Positions 49,745 through 62,559 of a stretch of 64,000 nucleotides of DNA are shown piece by piece. The DNA is taken from the NCBI GenBank assembly GCA_002104905.1, contig MCFE01000152.1, positions 1 to 64,000 on the forward strand. Direction: 5' to 3'. The notes beneath the pieces were generated by a model, which saw only the letters and a program-made list of their open reading frames with translations, was not told the origin of the DNA and did no database searches. Numbering within the stretch: the stretch's first letter is position 1; every line of letters starts with the position of its first letter. The DNA comes from Basidiobolus meristosporus CBS 931.73 (lineage: Eukaryota > Fungi > Basidiobolomycota). The translations under genes were made by a program, and so were the position numbers.

Positions 49745-52248
49745 TGTTACAAGTATTGATATAAGAGTTGCAGAGAAATAAGGACTTTAGCCAGTATTGT
49801 TTTCACTTGAGCTTGAACTGATTTTTATTGAGGTTCCAGCAACTCCCTATATACATTTTCCAGATCAGTTGCTGACTGATTGAATGTGTCAATATAGATG
49901 GTGGCTGATGACTCATTTGATTGCATTATCATCACTCAAGTAAATCCTGCATAATATATCTATTTTTGTCTAATAAAAATCTGCTGCTTGATCTGTGAAT
50001 ATTACTATTGATTTGATTTTTAACACTGATTTACTGATAGGCTAAACAAAACCTAATTGATTTGACTGAAAACTAATCCAACTTAGCCTCTTAAGTAGTA
50101 TATCATAATATTATCCCCTATCAAAGTTGAGAGGGTTCTGCTGAGTCTGCTTTCTTTGATTTCAATATCTTGATGGTTTAGTATGACCATGAAGTGTAGC
50201 AAGTTTAAGTCTGTCTCTATGAATTAAAGCATTAAGGATAATCCCTTATTTGTCCACTAGCTGGTAAGTTCCAAATGGACATTTACTGAGAATCTTAAAA
50301 GATCCCATCCATTGTATCTCCAACTCCTTCCAAGTGCTGTTTGTCAGCAATTCAAAGTTTCCAACTGTCAATGCTTCTAGTGATATAGTCATACCAAATC
50401 TCTGCTTAATCTGTTCTGCACTTTGGGATACTTTGGCCCTTGCTTCCAAACATCTTTGTTCCCTCTGCTGGTATCTACTTGGCTGACTGAGTTCATCTTC
50501 AAAGACATCTGTAAGCTTTGGCTTCTCCTGAAATTCTTGATTCACATCCATACACCAAGTAAAATGGCAACTGTTGGGTGGTGTTGCACACTCTTACTCT
50601 GCAGGCAAAAAGGGCTTGCTCTATATACTCATCCCATCTGCTGACAGCTCTATTGCATGCTTGGTCAGCATTTTCCAAATGATTCATTATACTGCTTAGT
50701 GACTCCATTAGTTCTAGCATGATATACCAAGGTTCTCAAGTGTTTGATCTGCTGTATATACAGGTAAGCTTCCAGTGACTTTGCCATAAAGTTGCTCCTC
50801 CATTTGATAGAATCACTACAGTGCAGTCAAACATCATAAGGATCTCATGGTAGATGAAACTTACAAGTTCTTGTTCACTGGCTGCAGGTACAGCTTAGCC
50901 ACTACCTTTTAGTGCCCTGACCAATTGCTACTGGGATTCAACAGTTGCATTTCCTGGTGGTTGGCAGTCTTCCAATAAATAAATTCTCCCTCTCTCAAAT
51001 GGTCTTACAGGTTCCAGGGGAAAGAGTCCTCAGTTCTCTGTGGGTGGCTTTGGTTGATTTGGCAATTTGGGCTTGTTTTCACTAGCTTCTCAACCTCTAG
51101 TTTCATTCTGGGCAACCATGTGCTGGCTTTCACAAGGCTATAGGTTCCTTCAATTCCAAGATATACATATCCATTACATAGCTTGTGATAGAAATCTTAG
51201 CAAACAACATGGGGACAATTGACAACAGGGCTTTCATCACCAATTTGATAGAGTGTTTCTTCCTATAATACTTAGCTGCAATGGGATTCTTTTGCACAGC
51301 ATCTATTTTCATTGGCATTGCTTCTGATTTTCTTCTTTCATAGTGATTGTAGTCTTTCTGTTTAGTCATTGTGGGCTTTCTAGCTCCAAACATAGCGGAG
51401 TCATAGTCAATGGCAATCTTGATGGCTTCTTCAATAGTCCAAGGTCTACAATAATTTACTTCCTTACAAGTTCTTTTTTCCAACTCATGAATAAAGTATT
51501 TGATTAGATGCAGGGGGTCTGTTCTTGCAACTTGTCCAAGTAGACATTTATATTCATAGATGTACTCTTGAGCCACTCCTTTTGGTCTTAGTGCCTTCAG
51601 CTTCCTTCTTTGTAGTGTCTACTGGTGTGGGGACTCAATTGCATCCTGAATTTTCAGTACAAACCCATCCCAGGTAGAGATAGTAGAGCATTCCATCATG
51701 GTGGCTAATCTGATCTTATTATAGTACCACTATGATGTGGTATTGGCTGAGTAAGAAGCTGCATAATGCAACCTGCACTTTGGAGCAATTCCCTTAGCCT
51801 TAAAAGCTTTGTTAATCTGGAAGAGCTAAGTTTCCAGGATCATGGTACTGGTTGACCTTCACACTTAAGTAGCTCTTGACATGGTTTGCTGGCGCTGGGT
51901 CATAGTAGTCAATCCAATTTGCTGCTGGCTAAGGATATGGAGTAAATGTTACTGTTGGGCCAAAATTTGCTGCAGAGCATACTTGCATTCTTGATATGCT
52001 GACTTCATGAAGGTGGCATCTTCTTTTTCTTAGGGGGAGAGGTCTCTAGCTATTGCTGCTGCCAATGTTACAACGCTTGAGATAAGAGTTGTAGAGGAAA
52101 AAGGAGTTTACCTAGAATATACTGAGTTATCTGCTGACAAACACAACTGATTTGATATATAACACTGATAAACGGATTGTTTAAACATAAATAATTGATT
52201 TGACTAAAAGCTATTCTAACTTGAACATTCAAGTGGTAGATCATCACA
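49745..52248 (-). mobile_element. Old internally deleted Ty3/Gypsy element: 5' LTR, gag, integrase C-terminus, PPT, 3' LTR
   Basis: 5' LTR 52248-52066 (shortened), followed by TTGGCAGCAG as a candidate PBS. gag EYIYEYKCLLGQV..LIKYFIHEL..EEAIKIA..PMKIDAV; integrase WDEYIEQALFACR..PFYLVYG, QWMGSFKI..GTYQL; PPT GATAGGGGA; 3' LTR 50107-49745. Candidate 4-bp TSD ATAA/GTAA with one transition. Confidence 0.85.
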
Positions 52249-52869
52249 GTAATACCTACCACTTTGTGCAAGATAAAATCTATGCCATTACCACTCTTAA
52301 ATGGAGCACCAAGGCTTGATGGAAGGAATGAGGAAAGCCCCATATTCAAGTGGTAGAAGCTCCATAAGATATGCGGCCTCTCTGAGCAGGAAATGGCTGA
52401 TGACCTCCCCTACTTCCACACCATTTATAAACTGCTTAGCTTCTCAGGCAAGGAGACATTCTCACTGACCTGACCTTAATGAAGTCTTACCCACAAATCT
52501 AGTATGGGAGACCTCACGTATTGTATGGAATTTAAGACCTCAGGCATTTTGAAATGACTTGAGCTTTCAAGCTACCACCTGAAGAGTTCATTCAGCAGTA
52601 TGAAGACATGGACAAACCACTCCCAGAGTCCCAGGCTGTAACTAAGCTTACCATGACACTTTACCCTGCTGAAGGACTTGCTTAGCACTTAGTAAAGAAA
52701 CTTGACCTATATGCAGTTAAGGATTCCAAGTTTGGCATACCATGCTCTGCAAAGCAAAGTATGTTTTCTAGAGTCAAAACAGACTTCCACCTTTATGAGG
52801 CTCTAGAAATCTAATCTGCCAGACCATTTAGCCATGGACTGTACAGCTTGAAGAAGATACATAGCAAAT

Positions 52870-53455
52870 TCAGTCAGATACAGAAGATAGTTCTACCAGT
52901 TCCAGATCAGAGCAGATTATCCCAGATAGGAGATCTACTAGAATAAGAAATGCCCCTGAATCCTGGTGACAGACATCCAATGATCATGAAGAAGCTTATC
53001 TTGCCTTATGTGCCAAATCTCAGAATTTGGTACAGGGAATGCAAAGTGTAGATGCTACTATATGACAACAAGTCATGCAGGAGGATTACCAATTACTGAT
53101 CAAAGCAAAAACATGGAACTGGTAGATTTACCAAATGGGAGAAAGCCAATAGGATGTAGATGAGTCTACAAGATAATCTCAAATGGTACTGTTAACAAGT
53201 ACAAGGCTTGATTAGTGGCCAAAGGCTATTCCCAGATCCAAGGACTAGACTTTAAGGAAAAATTTGCTCTGGTTGCCAAGTTTAACTCCATTGGGACAGT
53301 TCTAGCCCTGGCAGCTGTGCATAGTCTAGTCCTACACCAAATGGACGTCAAAGCAGCCTTTCTATATGGGAATTTGCAGGAAACTCTGTATATCAAGCAA
53401 CAAGAAGGTTTAACCAGTACAAAAGGCTCCCGTAAGGTGTGCAGACTCAGGAAAG
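52870..53455 (+). mobile_element. Ty1/Copia family-2 RT fragment
   Basis: RRSTRIRNAP..TWELVDLPNGRKPIGCR*VYK..YKA*LVAKGYSQIQGLDF..HQMDVKAAFLYGNL..VCRLRK. Clearly diverged from family 1 and truncated at both ends. Confidence 0.88.
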
Positions 53456-54502
53456 TTATTGCAGCATTCCCATCTTCAGGCTTTCTTGGGCTACTATCTC
53501 TCTTTCTTTGATATTAATCTGAAGTGTGTCCTTTCCTTGTATAAGTGATAGCAAAACAGATTGTTATTGCTGTTAAAGGGTGTTGAGTACCTCCTTGGTT
53601 GGTTATCATTGCTTACAGGACTGTAGGGCTGCTACAAGGCCCCAGAGCTTGCCTCTGAGGCTATCCACTACAGTAAATATTGCATTCTTACTAGTAGTTG
53701 GTACACCCACAGATCCTATTTCATACACAAGCAGGATAACTCTGCAGATTGGATTTTTCATATCTTCACCTGGCAGCATCTTTTCAATAAGGGATTTTTA
53801 TCGGAGATATTCTCTTAGCAGCTGAACACAACTGGTAGGTGTTTTCTGATGCCCTCCAGGCTTTCTTTGCTGTTTTGCTTTGAATATTGAATTAGAAATT
53901 TGTTTTTAACATTAAGGCAACTGCAGTTAAAGGCACTTTGTTCTTTCTTTTAACACTTCAGGGCTTCCTTGCCCATGTATTTAAGAGGGTATTCTTCTGT
54001 CATTGCAATATCCAAAGGGACTCTTTCTTGTAGCTTCATCTTCATCTTCACCTTCCACCCTTGGTAGCTGGATACTTCCAACTTTTCAGTAAAGGGGAAG
54101 ATTCTAGCGGTAGCAGTAGTTGATACTGCAGTGTGATGGCTTGGGGCTCATAACCTGTTGCAAGAGTCTTGGAGATTTTGGAAGTGATTGGGAGAACAAT
54201 TAGACTATCTGGTTTCACTTAATGATTAATGGAATTGAAAGTAGTACTTATACTTTTACATGATCCTGGCACTACAAGAGTGTAGGAAAGGCCAAGAAAG
54301 GTCTCATGAGTACCTGTTCAATATTTGGGGCTGTTTGGACAACATTAGGAATCTTCATGTTCTGGGTACTTGATTTTCTGGTGAAAATATTTGAAGTAGA
54401 TATTGACAAGGAATTTGGTCAGTATCTTTCAAGATTTGTAAGTAGTGATATAAGTGACTAAGCTAGGTGAATACCAAGGTGGAACTACAAATTATAACAA
54501 CA
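53456..54502 (-). mobile_element. Ty1/Copia family-1-related copy D (older): 5' LTR, PBS, gag 5' half
   Basis: LTR 54502-54156 (347 bp), PBS GGTTATGAGCCC at 54155-54144. The gag aligns to 33090-33900 at roughly 80% and runs up to the zinc knuckle. Confidence 0.88.
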
Positions 54503-54509
54503 TACTTAT

Positions 54510-56530
54510 TGCTGCACAAATTTTGCATCCTTTGTAGTAGGATGCATGTAAATGGCCATCATGCCAAAGACCATAGTATATTATGCATTGGGGATACCAT
54601 CCATCAGCAGGATAGCCAGCATTTCAGGGCACAATTGACAGTATTGCTGTCAATTCTGTGAGATCTGGGAGACTTACTCCATAGCTCACACACTACTTTG
54701 ATCAAGCACTAACACTAAAAAATAGTTGTTTCTCTACTAGTACCCAAAGATGTAGCATGCAGTTGCAGCAAGGCTGACCAGCTCTAAGCCATTGGTCAGA
54801 ATATAGTATTGATTAATAACAGGCAATACCCACAATAGAGGGTGTCTGTTTGTGAAAAAACTTTCTACTGGGAGTGATCCAATTGCTCTTCAACAATATT
54901 CCTATATTAATGTTCTAATTGCAATGGGGCATGTGGGTGTAATGTCTCATATACAAGACTATCTTATTTTCACATGAGTATTGACAAGAAAATGATATAA
55001 TTGTGTTACATTATTCAAGGTTAAACTGTTTGCCTCATGGACATGAATACTTTGACCCAATACCATAAGAGAAGAGAAAACAGACCATGTGGCTATTGTA
55101 GCTAGCCTCTCATCTATGAAGTATGCAGACACCATAGTAAGTATTACAAGTATCATGGTCAGTGACTTGCCACACAAGTCATATTTGACTATTCATCAGC
55201 CACTACTATACAAGCAATATCTTTCCAGTCACTTAATACATCTAAAATGGCACCTAGATGCCCTTGTCACCGTGCGCAAACTGAGGTGATTTTCTGATGC
55301 CTTCAGGCTCACCCCAGCCTTCTGAATATGATATGTAGTGTGATGGCTCTGAAGAATCAGGTGCACTGATGAATTGTGAGCCTATCTTCCCTAATAACAG
55401 TACCCTGCATGAGCTCAGCAAAATCCCAGTATGCAATGAGCCAATGCCTGTCAAAAAAAATGCTGAGGATGCTTTATGGAGTCATGTGAGCCCAGTAATC
55501 CATCTACTGGTGAATGATGTGATGCTGTGGCTAGAGAAGCGGCACATTTAAACAAAATTTGATATAGGGGCTTTGAGGATTTACTACTACTTCTTGCCAA
55601 AATCATTCCAGGATGCAACTTACCATGTACATGGTATAGATGGACAACCACCATGTGGCTGGCAGCATTTGACTCAAAGACTTTACTGATATTGGTATAT
55701 GTTAGCAGCAGCATGGCACTTACATCAGAAAATGCCACCATTGCAAGGTGTCCAACTTGTCAGGTATCTACAACCATTAGGGAAGATATTGTTCACACTC
55801 TGGATGTACCCCTATGATACTCTATCTCAAGAAGATGATACATTCTGACAAATATTGTGGAGCTATAGAGTACCATACTCAGTATCAATTAAGCACAAAC
55901 ATATCCAATATCTTTGATGATAGACATTACAAACAGTAAGGAAGCAAGGGCTACTTTGAAGGCATGTATGAGCATGCCTTTGCCTTTGCATCTGATGGAT
56001 TCTCACTAAACAAGTACTCTACAAGCACATCATGCTGGCCACTGATTCTCATTAACCTGAATCTGCTTCCTATCTTGTGGTGTTGGAGCAGAAATCTGAT
56101 GGTAGTCTCATTGATATCTAGGCCTAAATTGCCATCCAACCTGAAGAGTTACAAGTATCCATTGCTGGATAAATTTTGTATGCTCTCCAGCAGGATAACA
56201 GTAAAAAGCCATTAGATCAAAGTGCATATTATGATCTGCATTGGAGATACCCCAGCCATCAGCAAGATAGCAGGTTTTTCCAGGCACAATGGACAGTATT
56301 GCTGTCAAATGTGTGAGATCCAAGGTACTTACTCCTTAACTCACACATATTAATATTATCCAAACACCAGCACTGAGAACCTCATTTTTCTGCAAAGATA
56401 ACATACAGAAGCCAGCATGCAGTTGCAGCAAAGCTAGCAAGCTATAAGTCATTGGCTGGAATACAAAATTAACTGGAAACCGGAGATATTTAAGATAGAG
56501 GGTATTTGCTAGAGCAAAACCCTATTAAAA
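54510..56530 (+). mobile_element. CACTA transposase fragments: a mid-region piece (about 54510-54930) followed by copy Z (N-terminus to Tnp2 domain, ATG 54974)
   Basis: RPCGYCS.PL; AFAFASDGFSLNKYSTSTSCWPLILINLNLLP..LISRPKLPSNLKSYKYPLLDKF; CIGDTPAISKIAGFSRHNGQYCCQMCEIQG. This is the Transposase_21/Tnp2 pattern DGF..CWP..NLPP..GPK.P..PL..GD.PA..GHNG..C..C..G. Confidence 0.88.
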
Positions 56531-56689
56531 AAAATTAGGTCCTGCTAATAGAGTCAGTCCATATCAGTCATCAGGATCCTGTTTGGAGACTATGATAATA
56601 ACAGCAAATTAATATTAGTGACCCTCTTGATGGACCTATGACTGGACACAACAGTGTTTGGCTAATTTCACTGCCAAATAAAATTTAAA

Positions 56690-59600
56690 CTTGACATGAT
56701 CTTATTGGTGTGCAACTCATATATTTAGCTGTAGAACTTCCCCTGTTTATTTGCTTACCCACCACTACCTTGGTTATTCCACATATGATTTGAATCAAAA
56801 AAACTATGGCCTCCTACTTACTAACCTCCACAAATATGCACACCTACCACAATTGACATACCTCTGTCACCCTAACTTTACAGCATTTTAGTGTAATACT
56901 TGCAAAGTTGCCATATATCTTATACTGCTGGTAAGATATAAATCTTGCAAACATATCCCTGGTTCCCATCACTTCTGCCATGAATACCTCCTGAATATCC
57001 ACAAAGAGCTTCCTGGTATTTAGGCAACATGTTCCTTCTCCCTGCTGGATTCTAGTTCCCCTTATAGGTGCACTATGGCTCTTATTTGTGTGAATTCCCT
57101 ATTGAATGGGGTAGAAGTTGGCTTGTGACAAGGAGAATCCAGGCATACTTTGGTGGGGCTTTCCTTATAATAATTAGTTGCTTGTTTCACACAAGCCAAC
57201 TTTGCATTACTTAACTGATTATCCACACATAGGGGCTGCTTAGCTTCTTAATTCCATAGGCATAGTTGTCTCTATGTGCACATCTGTCCTCTGTATTTTG
57301 CAACTCTTCCTGGCTGTCCTCCATGAGCCAACTCATCACATCCATCACAGACTTGAAGGTAATATTCTTCATGAGGTTGGGGTATGGTAGCACCTGCAAC
57401 TTAACTTGTCTTCTTATCTCCCTACACATCCACTCCATTGGAAACTCCCAAAAGGTGAAGCAAGGCCCAATATTCTCAGCACATTGAGCAAGATGTAGTA
57501 GCAAATGGATACAGTAGCGGCAGAGATCTATGTGTTCAGCTTTATGTTTGTAGTATAGCTGCTTGTATCACCTTACAAACTCTTTGCACAACAGCTCTAT
57601 ATGTGTCAAGTTAGCATTGGTGATTGGCTTCTAGATAAATATTCCTAAAATGTCCACATATGACTTCCAATGCTTCCAATGTACTCTTGGTAGGAATGGC
57701 TTCAGAATGCCACTTGAGTAAATACATATTCAGTTCATGTAGTCTTTGCATTTGTATTGTAGCATATTCATATGAATATTGATTGGAGCCTGTGGAAGTA
57801 CTTAAGGTAGCAAATACTCTGTAATATCTTGCCAATTCTTCCCAATGTTCCTGGTATATTGAAGGGCTCATTGAGCTTAATATGTCCCTTGTTCAACTTA
57901 CTCTTAAGTATAGGAACATTGTTGAAAAGCAAATGCATTGCTCTCAGTGGAAAGCATTTGCTCCAGCAATTACCCTCTATCTTAAGCATCTCCAGGTTCC
58001 AACTGATTACATATTCCGGCCAATTGCCTATAGATTGCCATCTTTGCTGAAATTGCATGCAGACTTCTGTGCATACTCTCTGTGGGAAGATAATGTTGTT
58101 AGTTTTGGTGCTTGGGTAACAATAATGTGTGTGAGTTATGGAGTGAATCCCCTGGATCTCACACATTTGACAGCGCTACCATCCATTGTGCCCAGAAGAG
58201 CCGGCTATCTTGGTGATGGCGGGGGTATTGCTAATGCAGATAATTTGCCTTTGACATGATGCTCATTTACTGTTATCCAGCTGGAAAGCATACAAAATTC
58301 ATCCACCAATGGATACATATAGCTATCTAGGTTTGATGGTGATTATTATATCAAAGAGAAAAGTGCAATAAAACTTTTGAATGAGTTAACTGAACCTAAG
58401 TGACAGCTAAGTGCAGAATCCTAGAATTGTCTAGAGTGCCAGAAATATTAGCAGAGAGGCCCTGGTCAGATATCTGACTTATATATAGCCAAGTTGGGCT
58501 ATAAAGGCAATAGAATAGGTTTGCTATGCAGGCTAGGCTTGGTGTTCTTGAGAGTGCTAGATATACTGAGCTTGGGTAGAAACTAGAATGGATGTGTTTA
58601 ATTCTTAATTTCATTGAGACACGCACTAAACCAAAAGGTTCAGTAAACTTTATCTATACTTTTCTGATTGTGTTACATTAGTAAGTGCCAAGAGACTGGA
58701 CTAATGAAAATCTGTTGAGGTGTTGATAGGAGCATAAGATAAATGAAAAATTGCATCATTAATCAGCTGATGTCTGGGCAACTGGTAAGTGGTTGCATAA
58801 ATCTCTGATGACTAATCACTGGGAAAGGCTTAACACATCAGTTAAGGACATAATGACCATATGAAAATTGATCAGGTGTGAAAGCTAAAAATAGATTCTG
58901 AGAAGTGATGAAGTAAACTATAAAAGGGATTAGTTATGTTTGGGTCAGGGAAAATCATTTAGGGTACTAGATTTTCTAACGGAGTGAAATTGGCCAAGTT
59001 TTAAATGTTGATGCCAACAGTGATTTAGGCCCAGATATCAGTGAGACTACCATCAGATATTTGCTCTGATGCTGTAAGAGAGGTGGCTGATTCAGGTTAA
59101 TGAGAATCAATGGCCAACAGGGTTTGCAGGTAGAGTACTTGTTTAATGAGAATCCATCAAATGCTAAAGCAAAGGCATGGTTGTACATATCTTCAGAGTA
59201 GCCTTTGCTTCTTAGCTGTTTGTAATGTTTGTCATTAAATATATAGGAAATGCTGGCACTTGATTGATACTTTATAGCTTCTCAAATCTGTAGGACTGCA
59301 TGCACTTCTTTAAGTAGGGTATTACCAGATCATATCTGGAGTGTAAACAATGTTTTTCCTCAATGGTGGTTGATTCCTGACAATTTGTACATGTTGCAAT
59401 GGTGGCATTTTTGGATGTGAATGCCATGCAACTGTTAACACCTGCTGGAATTAGGAGAGTCTCTGGGTCATATGTTGCCAGCTGCATCACAGTTGTCCAC
59501 TTGTACCATGTACATGGTAAGTTGCATCCCAGAATGCTTTTGGCTACCATTAGTAGTATATCCTTAAAGCCCCCATTACTGATATTAGTGGAAATGTGTC

Positions 59601-62470
59601 ATTTCTCTAGCCACAACATTACATCATTCAACAATGGATGGAGTACTGGGCTCACTTGGCTCCATAAAGTATCCTTGGCACTTGCTTCAACAGGTGCTGT
59701 CTCATTGCATATTGGGATTTGACCTGGCCCATCAATGGTTCTGCTGTTAAGGGATATAGGATCACAGTCCATCAGTGAGCCTCCTTTGTCAGAGCTTTCA
59801 CTCTGCATGCCTATTCAGAAGGCTGAGGTGAGCCTAAAGGTGTCACAAACTTGCCTGACTCTGTTTGCACAGAGTTACAAAGATGGCCAGGTGTCAATAT
59901 AGAGGTATCAACTGGCTAGCACAACAGTGTTAGTACAGTAGTGACTGATTAATAGTCAAATAAATTGTGTGGCAAAGTACTGGCCATGATCCTAGTAATA
60001 CTTCCAATGCTGTCTGTGTGCTTCATGGCTGAGAGGCTTGCTACATTAGCCACATGGTCTTTTCTCTCTTCTCTTACAGAGTTGACTCAAAGTAGTCTTG
60101 TCCATGGGGCAAACAGTTTGACCTTCAACAATGTAATGCTACTATATCACCTTTTAGTCAATACTCATGTGAATTGAAGACAATCTTGTATTTGGGATAT
60201 TGCACCTGTATGAATGTAAGATTCAATCATGACTTGCCATAGTAAGCATTATAAATAAAGTTGTGGCCTCACATACCCATATGCATGTAACCCTATTTCC
60301 CATGGTTGCACTCACTTCCATATATAAGCCACCAAAAAATAAAGCAAAGTCATCTGGTTCTCTACCAAACCCCACCACTGATGGCTGCAGAAAAATGGTT
60401 AGACAAAAGCTTGCATTGACATTCAGTGCAACAAGAGGGGCTACATCCAAAATAGGCCAAGTTGACAGTGTGCCCACTGAAGGTAATAATGCAGACTCCT
60501 CAGGCTCTCAGTCAAGTAGGCAATTGAGAACCTCTGCAGAGCAACAAGCTGATCATTATGCTCAGGTAGATGAGAGTGTGACAAATACAGTACCTTCAGT
60601 TGAATACTAACAAGTAGCGAACATAACATTACTACCACCCATATTAGCAAGTATGTTGTCAGCTCATACCAAAGCATTCATGAAGCAACTAGGTGCAGTG
60701 GCTGATAGAATAGATGCTATGGCCCAGAGAAATCGTGAAACAGTCCAGAATCAGGATAAGCAAATAATATGTGTGGTGCAATCAATATCCCAGGTAGACA
60801 AAGCAGTATCTTTGCTGCAAAGAAGGAACTTAAGTAGCTCAATGTCCCTGTCAAGAATAGAGCCACTTCCCAATGTATCAGCTGAGGAACACTGTGCAGT
60901 CTCTGAAGCACAACAATAGTGCACCAAGATAAAGCCCACAGAAAAAACTATCACAGAGTGGGAGGGAGACAATGTAGTGTTTATACCAAAGCCTGTAAAT
61001 CAAAAGACATTGAAGATCTGTGAAGCCTCTGAATGAAATAATGAAAAGTGAACTAATACTCAAGAGGCTGTCAGAGGTCTAGCATGCCATCACCTTAAGG
61101 CCAGCATACCATGGGACCATTTGGAATTCAAGGCTAAGCAGAATGTGCTTGACTTGTTCCATGAGCATTATCTTGGATTCAAGTGGGCAAAGAGATTTTG
61201 GGCCAGCATTGGTATGCTAAGAAGGTATTTTAAGAATAGCAGAAATTATCAAAGGCAGAACAACAAGGGTGGCATGGCTAAAAACCAGGGCTTCTGCAAG
61301 GGCCCATTACAAGTAAGGCCAAAAGCTCTAAACAAGTATCAAAGCAAAGTCAAGTAGCAGGAAGAGTACCAATAAGAGACAAGCAGGCAGACACAGATGC
61401 ACCAACACAACATTTTCTGAGGAAAAAGCACTCAGTCAAAGTAGCAGTCAAAGACCTGACAGTGATAAAAACCAGAGGCTTTCTCAGAAGTCTGTCACAA
61501 CTACAGCTGAGAGCTCAAAACAAGGTAAAGAAATATCAAGTTGCCAGGAGAGTGCCAGCAAGGGAGATGCAGGCAAAAACAGATATGTTGGAGTAGCATT
61601 TAACAAGGAGATAATGTAGCTCATTATAACAGGCACTCAGACAAAGTAGTAGTGAAAGACCTGGCAGTGAAAAAGGGAAAGGGAAAATGTCTTCTCAAGC
61701 CTGAGACAGGGAAGTACACAGAAAAAACTGCAGTTCTCACCAATGAATGCTGTAAGCCCAGAACAGACTGAATCCCATCATAGCTAAGAAGATTTACTAA
61801 CAAGAAAACAGCTGTTTTCACAAGAGTTGGAAGCACAGGCAGTTGAGCTACACTTCAGCAGGGTAGATGAGTTTGCAGAGAAAGGCAATTTGTTTACCAC
61901 AACCTTCATGTCCTCCATGGTTGACAGAGTGGAGATCTCACTGATTGACAAGGCTATAGTTTCAAGAACTCAAAAGACTGTCACAATGCCTTTGGTGGAA
62001 TTTTGAAACATTAATAGGCACACACAGGGGTTGCAGCACTTATTCAAGAGCAGTGCTGAAGAAAACACACTGGAATATGGCAAGGATTTATTCCAAAGAT
62101 TGGCAGATGAGGAGCTAGATCTTGCAGTACCAGCTGAGGACCAGGACATGTGGGAACCAGTGAATGAACAGTGGCATAAAGCCATTGGGTTGTATACACA
62201 AGAAGTAAGAGAAACAGTTGAGTCAGGAAGTAAGGAGTGGGAAACAAAGGCACTAACCAATCATTGTACACAAACATAGAAGGTGATTGATTGTCTAGGA
62301 TCAGAAAATGAGCAAATTGGCAGGGAACCAATTAACAGCCATTAATATATTTCTGAGATGAAAAATCCTGACTCAGTTTTTTGTGATATATGTTGTGAAA
62401 TTATTTTTCAACAGTCTCTGCACAGCGTCCTGATGAGATCAGTACCTCTTAGTCATGGGACTTTTAATTT
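56690..62470. mobile_element. CACTA/EnSpm element copy W: near-complete degenerate transposase (minus, 60168 to about 56690, split by a solo LTR) head-to-head with ORF2 (plus, about 60270-62470)
   Basis: Transposase: N-terminal CxxC region, YDPETLLIPAGVNSCMAF..CTNC, AFDGFSLNKYSTCKPCWPLILINLN..SGPK, MCEIQG, DUF4218-like LLHLAQCAENIGPCFTFWEFPMEWMC, and VVVGKQI C-terminus. ORF2 spans roughly 700 codons with stops and frameshifts. Confidence 0.88.
58344..59019 (-). mobile_element. Solo LTR (676 bp) with perfect 5-bp TSD, inserted in the CACTA transposase
   Basis: Flanked by GTGAT at 58339-58343 and 59020-59024. Minus strand starts TGTTGG and ends TATAATA (a degenerate TAACA end), with TATATAAG about 150 bp before the end. 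Copies Y and Z have the uninterrupted site. Confidence 0.88.
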
Positions 62471-62559
62471 GTAACGGCCTTTTGATCGGATCATCACAAT
62501 AATTTTTCATAGGGAAGAGCTTTCCACTGGGAGCAATGTATTTGCGTTTCAGCAACATC

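Noticed and set aside
25994-54507. Pairing Copia family-1 LTRs into intact insertions
   Set aside because: Outer 5-bp flanks (GCTTA, TGTAC, AGGTG, AAGTA) do not match each other, so none is a complete TSD-flanked element.
54959-55177. About 70-aa ORF conserved at 54959-55177 and 59965-60177 (MCGK.L.MILVIL..ERLAT.ATWS)
   Set aside because: It is the antisense frame of the transposase N-terminal Cys/His region, so its conservation is explained by the opposite strand.
56669-56690. CACTGCCAAAT as a CACTA terminal inverted repeat
   Set aside because: No matching CAGTG-ended counterpart or 3-bp TSD was found at the other end of copy W, so it may be coincidental.
62044-62331. VPC.F.H.LILD.QS ORF shared with 26475-26900 as a third CACTA gene
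   Set aside because: It is antisense to the ORF2 C-terminus, which continues in the other orientation in copies X, Y and W.
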